DNA of 64,000 nt from assembly GCF_041146345.1 (NCBI RefSeq), contig NW_027191413.1:2108001-2172000 (forward strand). Reading direction: 5' to 3'. Shown piece by piece: positions 59,782 through 64,000 of the stretch. Source of the stretch: Neodothiora populina. Taxonomy: Eukaryota. The number at the start of each line of letters is the position of its first letter. The first letter of the stretch is position 1. The notes beneath the pieces were generated by a model. It made no database searches and was not told the DNA's origin. It worked only from the letters and a program-made list of their open reading frames with translations. The position numbers and the translations under genes are program-made.

Positions 59782-62479
59782 TCACCGCGGAGCAACCGGT
59801 GCTCTCTTGAGTCTTTCCGCGCGCTCGCGCTCATATCGTATCTTCTCAGCCTCGGTGCCATCGTCTTCGAAATGTTCTCGGAACCAGTCATGTTGCAAGG
59901 CTTGATGAGCGGTGATGCGTTTCTTCGGATCATAGACAAAGATCTTCTTGAGCAAGTCGAGGAATTTTCGGTTAAAGTCGTTGTGTGGAGGTATGGTTTC
60001 CTGGATTCGTTGTCAGCTCGTGATTTACCAGCTGCAGATCAAAGTTTCTCCTTACGTGAAGATGTTTCATCGCTCGTACAAATTTCTTCGACGATCGAGG
60101 AGTCTCGGCTTGAGGGTAATCGAGGGTTTGCCTCTTGAAATATCTGGACCACGAACGTGAGCTACAGAAACACATCAAGTGGCGAATAGAGTAAAAGACT
60201 TACGCAGCAGCAGCATTCTTGTTGCTTCCACGAGCTGATGTGACTCGTCGCACCAAAGCCTTATCGAGGGGTCCATCACAAATGGCTTCCATCATGGCAA
60301 GATGCTCGAGATTATCGTGCGTCTGAAACAATGCGTCGCCGGTGAAGAACTCGACCAGAATACATCCAATGCTCCAAATGTCACAGGGGAAGCTCCAGCC
60401 CAGGTTCAGGATGATCTCAGGAGCTCGGTAATGCCTGGTCGATACGACGGACGAGTGATATTCGTCGTCGAATGTGGCGGAACCAAAGTCGATGAGTCTG
60501 ATCTCAGGATCGAGGAGGACCCTCCTGAACTTGGCAGAGCGAGCAGTGGCTGTGGACGAAGATGGGATATTCCGGTTGTATGTGAATGTCTGATATGAAT
60601 TGTTCACCAGCAGGATATTCTCGGGCTTCAGATCCGTATGGATGAGGTTGAGGTCGTGCAAGACTAGAAATGTATGTGATCAGCACAAGTTGATGTCATG
60701 TGGAGAGGGTGCAAGAGGTAAAACTTACAGGCAACGCTGGTGAAGAGTTGCCTTGCAAACTTCTGAATGTGACTGCTAGGAAACGGGACGAATTGGTTGC
60801 TCTTGAGGAAGTCGAAGACACTCGAGCCGAGTAAGTCGGTGACGATGCAGATGTGGTTTCTGAAGTCGAAGGTGTCCCTCAAGTGGATGCACTTGTTCCG
60901 GTTCTGCTTGTCGTTCTGAGACAGCGTCGACAAAACCCTCAACTCGATGCGAGAGGCATCTCTGTACTTTTGTACGGAACGAATGATCTTGACGGCGACT
61001 TCGGACTGGCGCTTGCGGTCCCAAGCCTGGACGACTTTGCCGAAAGTACCCTGTCCGAGCAAGCGGACGATGGAGTAGCGTTCGGTCAGTTCACTGCCAT
61101 CGACGACGATGTAGTGACCGTCTTCGTCATCGACCTTTTCTGATCTCGAGGCGACCCGCTTTGAGGAGGTCAGCATGAGTGCTAGTGAGTGCGTACATTG
61201 GAGAGCGGATGATTCAGATCGTGATGGTGGGGCAGAGAGATGAGGAGGGGGAAAGGAAGAAAAAAGAAGAAGAGAGGCTTACATCATGGATGACAGGGAC
61301 ATATACGTCCTTGGCCTTGAGTGGGGGCTTGGGTGGAGGGACATATTCGCTATATGGGTCCGGTCGGGTGGCAACCTCTCGCTTCTTCTGATCTGCAGCG
61401 GCCTGGCGAGTGGTCCTCTTTCGCTTCTGGCCGACGGTGCCCTCTTCTAGAACTGATGAAGGCGCAGCAGCAGCGGCGGCGGCGGCAGCGGCAGCGACGG
61501 CGGCATTGGGAGCAGCATTGGCATTGCCATTGCTGGACAGAGATGTGGGCGCCGTAGTGGTGTTGTAGGAAGCGGTACGATCGGTGGAACCAGTGTATGG
61601 TCGAGCAGAAGACTCATAGTAGGGCGTGTGAGTGTTGGAATAAGAATGGTGATTGTGCTGGTTGTAGACAGGGTCATAGGACGTCGACGAGGCGGTGGCC
61701 ATCTTTCGTCTCTTGTCGGTGTGATACGATGACGAACCGTTGTTGACGGTAGATGAATGGGTCTGAGGGTGACCCGCAGAGTGGCTCGAGCCAGCGAGAC
61801 CAACTTGGCCGGTGGATTGGGAGGGATTTGACGATGCCGAAGGTTCGTCGTCGTCTATGACAATGATTTCCTTGGGCGGTTTTCCGCCGAAATAGCGTTC
61901 CCAATCCACAGGCTCTTCTCTCGCTCGTTCTCTCTTTCTGCCGCTAGCTCCAGTCGCCGATCCACTGGAAGATGGAGGCGCGCCAGGGTCATAGTTGGGG
62001 TAGGCTGTGGCCAGCGATTGCGACTGGGAGGAGTGCTGTCGCTGTGACTGGTGCTGCTGATGATGTTGCTGCTGCTGCTGCTGCTGTTGTTGGTGATGAT
62101 GTGGTTGCTGTTGCTGCTGTCGCTGGGAGTGTCTTTGGTTCGACGAAGAAGTGGCAGCGGCTGCAGCAGCGGCAGTAGCACCAGCATTTGATCGTCGATG
62201 CCCGGTCAGTGATTGTGGCTGGGATTGTGGTTGTGGTTGAGGTTGAGGTTGAGGTTGTGGTTGTGACTGTGACTGCACAGAGGCAGCGTTGACGTAACCG
62301 TTCGAATACGACTTGGAAGACGACGACGACGACGACGACGCCGCATTGGGAGCGTATGAAGCAGCAGCGGCAGCAGCCCCATTGTGGTGGTAGTCGGCCA
62401 TGGGAGGGAGATACTGGGACTGAGGATAATACTGGTGGTTGGGCGGTAGAGTGATGGTTGCTGTAGACGGCGTAGACAT
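59782..62479 (-). CDS. lkh1: LAMMER/CLK dual-specificity kinase (Lkh1/Kns1), 5 exons
   Basis: [46 protein letters not shown] and YDPKKRITA motifs. Stop TGA at 59782-59784. Q/P/S-rich N-terminus. Confidence 0.95.
62050..62275 (-). repeat. Poly-Gln/His and (QP)n low-complexity repeats in the LAMMER kinase N-terminus
   Basis: CAG runs and CAACCT/CAACCA hexamer repeats on the coding strand. Confidence 0.85.
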
Positions 62480-64000
62480 TGTGCTTATCTCAAGTCTTGG
62501 TGGTCGATGTCGATGTTGTCAGAAGCGCTATTGGAGGCAAGACCAGACTTGAGCTGAGCGACTGACAAGACCTCGACAATCGTTGCTTTGGCCCAGTGGC
62601 TCTTGATGTCTCTGTTCTGATGTTTGCGTGTCTGTCGTCTGCTCTGGTTGCTCTCAGTCGCTGCCCACGTCTCTGCGTGACTCCCTGCTCTGAACTACTC
62701 TCCTCCTCGTCTCTCGCTCACTCTCTGGCTCCTTCTCTCTCTCTCTCTTTAGTCTCCTCGTTTCGCGCGATCAACGAAATACAAGTGCGCAAAGACAAAC
62801 GATCCAAAGCGACAGTGGCTCTGGTTTATATTCTGAATGATCCAACCGGGGCCTGTCAGCTACATGGGAAGTCGATGTGTGTGTTGGAATCGCTAATGCG
62901 AGAAGGCAATCGTTACACTTCGAGAAAGCAGGAAGATGATTGTCGTCAGTGCAAGCGGAGAGTGGAGAGGACGTAGTGTAGTGTAGACCCGTGATTCGAT
63001 GCAACCGAAAGCCACCGCGCAACCAACAAGATACTCCAATGGAAATGCTCAATGGGCAAAACCTCGGCCTGCTATTGTGCCCGTGTTGCAACAGTGTTGG
63101 AGGGAGGAGACAAAATGATCAAGAGTTTTCAAGGCGCGTGATTGCCATTGGTGAAAGCGCGGATTCACATTATACACACACTGCTGCACAGAACTACAAA
63201 CTACCTGATCAGGAGCCTCGACATTGCTAATTGTGTTGTCTATCACAAGGACCATGTCAAACCGCTGCTGTTGCTGCTACTGCGACTCCATCTCTGCGCT
63301 AGAGTGCAGCTACTGGTAACCGTACTGTACTGTACATCGAGTTCACTGTCATTTTTCCCGCTGTCCTTCGACCCCCTCTGGATGACAGTGAAAGCGTGTT
63401 CAATCGGAAGCAGATGCTCAGCACCGCCCGTATGACGCCGTCTTGCCGCGTGGATCGCCAACACCTGAGCTGAATGAGGCAAGTTGGGTAAAGGATAAGG
63501 GTACCTCAGGGTACGCGACTTGTACACCAGCACAGCAGCTAAAAACAAATCCGCCAGCTCGTTCTCGTCCGTCTCTGTCTGGACTGTCCGACCACTTGAT
63601 TCTAGCCTTGCAGTTCACTGATATGCCCATGTTGATCTTTCCCTCTCTTTCTCTGTTCAGCTGCTTTCTCCCTACAGACATTGGTGCGATAACAACTTCT
63701 GCCTACCATTTCCACCGATGCTCCTGTCTCATTCTAAGACACATGAGCTGCTCCGGACTTTCGGCGGTGCATATGGCTAAGCACCTCAGGTACATGGGGG
63801 GCAAAGCATATTGCACGATGCACCACAGGAAGCTCTTCCATCGCTAAAGATCCCACAATGATCTTCTCTGCCATGCACTAGTTCTCAATTCCCACATAAG
63901 TACTGTATCGCTTACCATGCTTTGCAATCACTGTTCAATATAAAATACACAGATGTCGTGAAAATTGTCAGCCTCATATTCCGCTTGTGCCTTGCAACTG

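Noticed and set aside
62480..64000. Short ORFs and CT-rich tracts upstream of the LAMMER kinase
   Set aside because: No coherent coding signal; consistent with a long promoter/5' UTR.
1..64000. Transposons, CRISPR arrays, secondary-metabolite backbone genes
   Set aside because: No transposase/RT/integrase motifs, LTR or TIR pairs, spaced repeat arrays, or PKS/NRPS domains were recognised.

Overview
A gene-dense 64-kb segment of a filamentous ascomycete nuclear chromosome. GT-AG introns with CTRAC/CTAAT branch points are seen directly; a Dothideomycete-like origin is my impression from the protein sequences, not a proven assignment. About 26 protein genes, mostly spliced, plus one intron-containing tRNA-Arg(UCG). 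Left to right: Est1/Smg-like protein (5'-truncated), PAC4 proteasome chaperone, CARNMT1-like methyltransferase, con-6, TES1, LEU4, SUR2, RING-like/LysM/UBA-like protein, kelch protein, SPT20, DDRGK1-like protein, tRNA, MFS transporter, cnxABC/MOCS1 (MoaA+MoaC), PPR protein, histidine acid phosphatase, sugar porter, sterol-desaturase-family hydroxylase, small His/Cys protein, CSC1/OSCA channel, class III aminotransferase, EBP-like protein, ATG27, SEC65, SCS7, RBM39/rsd1 and LAMMER kinase. No transposon or CRISPR array was recognised. Main highlights: (1) two splice donors 4 nt apart that switch the MoCo gene between MoaA ending in GG-stop and a MoaA-MoaC fusion, with a presequence-like segment in the linker; (2) a DDRGK1/UFBP1-like protein in a lineage thought to lack UFM1; (3) a cytosolic RING-like/PY-motif/LysM/UBA-like protein; (4) an apparent 1-nt frameshift that runs SCS7 antisense into SEC65; (5) a GC-AG intron. 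All family calls come from motif recognition by eye, with no database searches. Exon boundaries were read manually.
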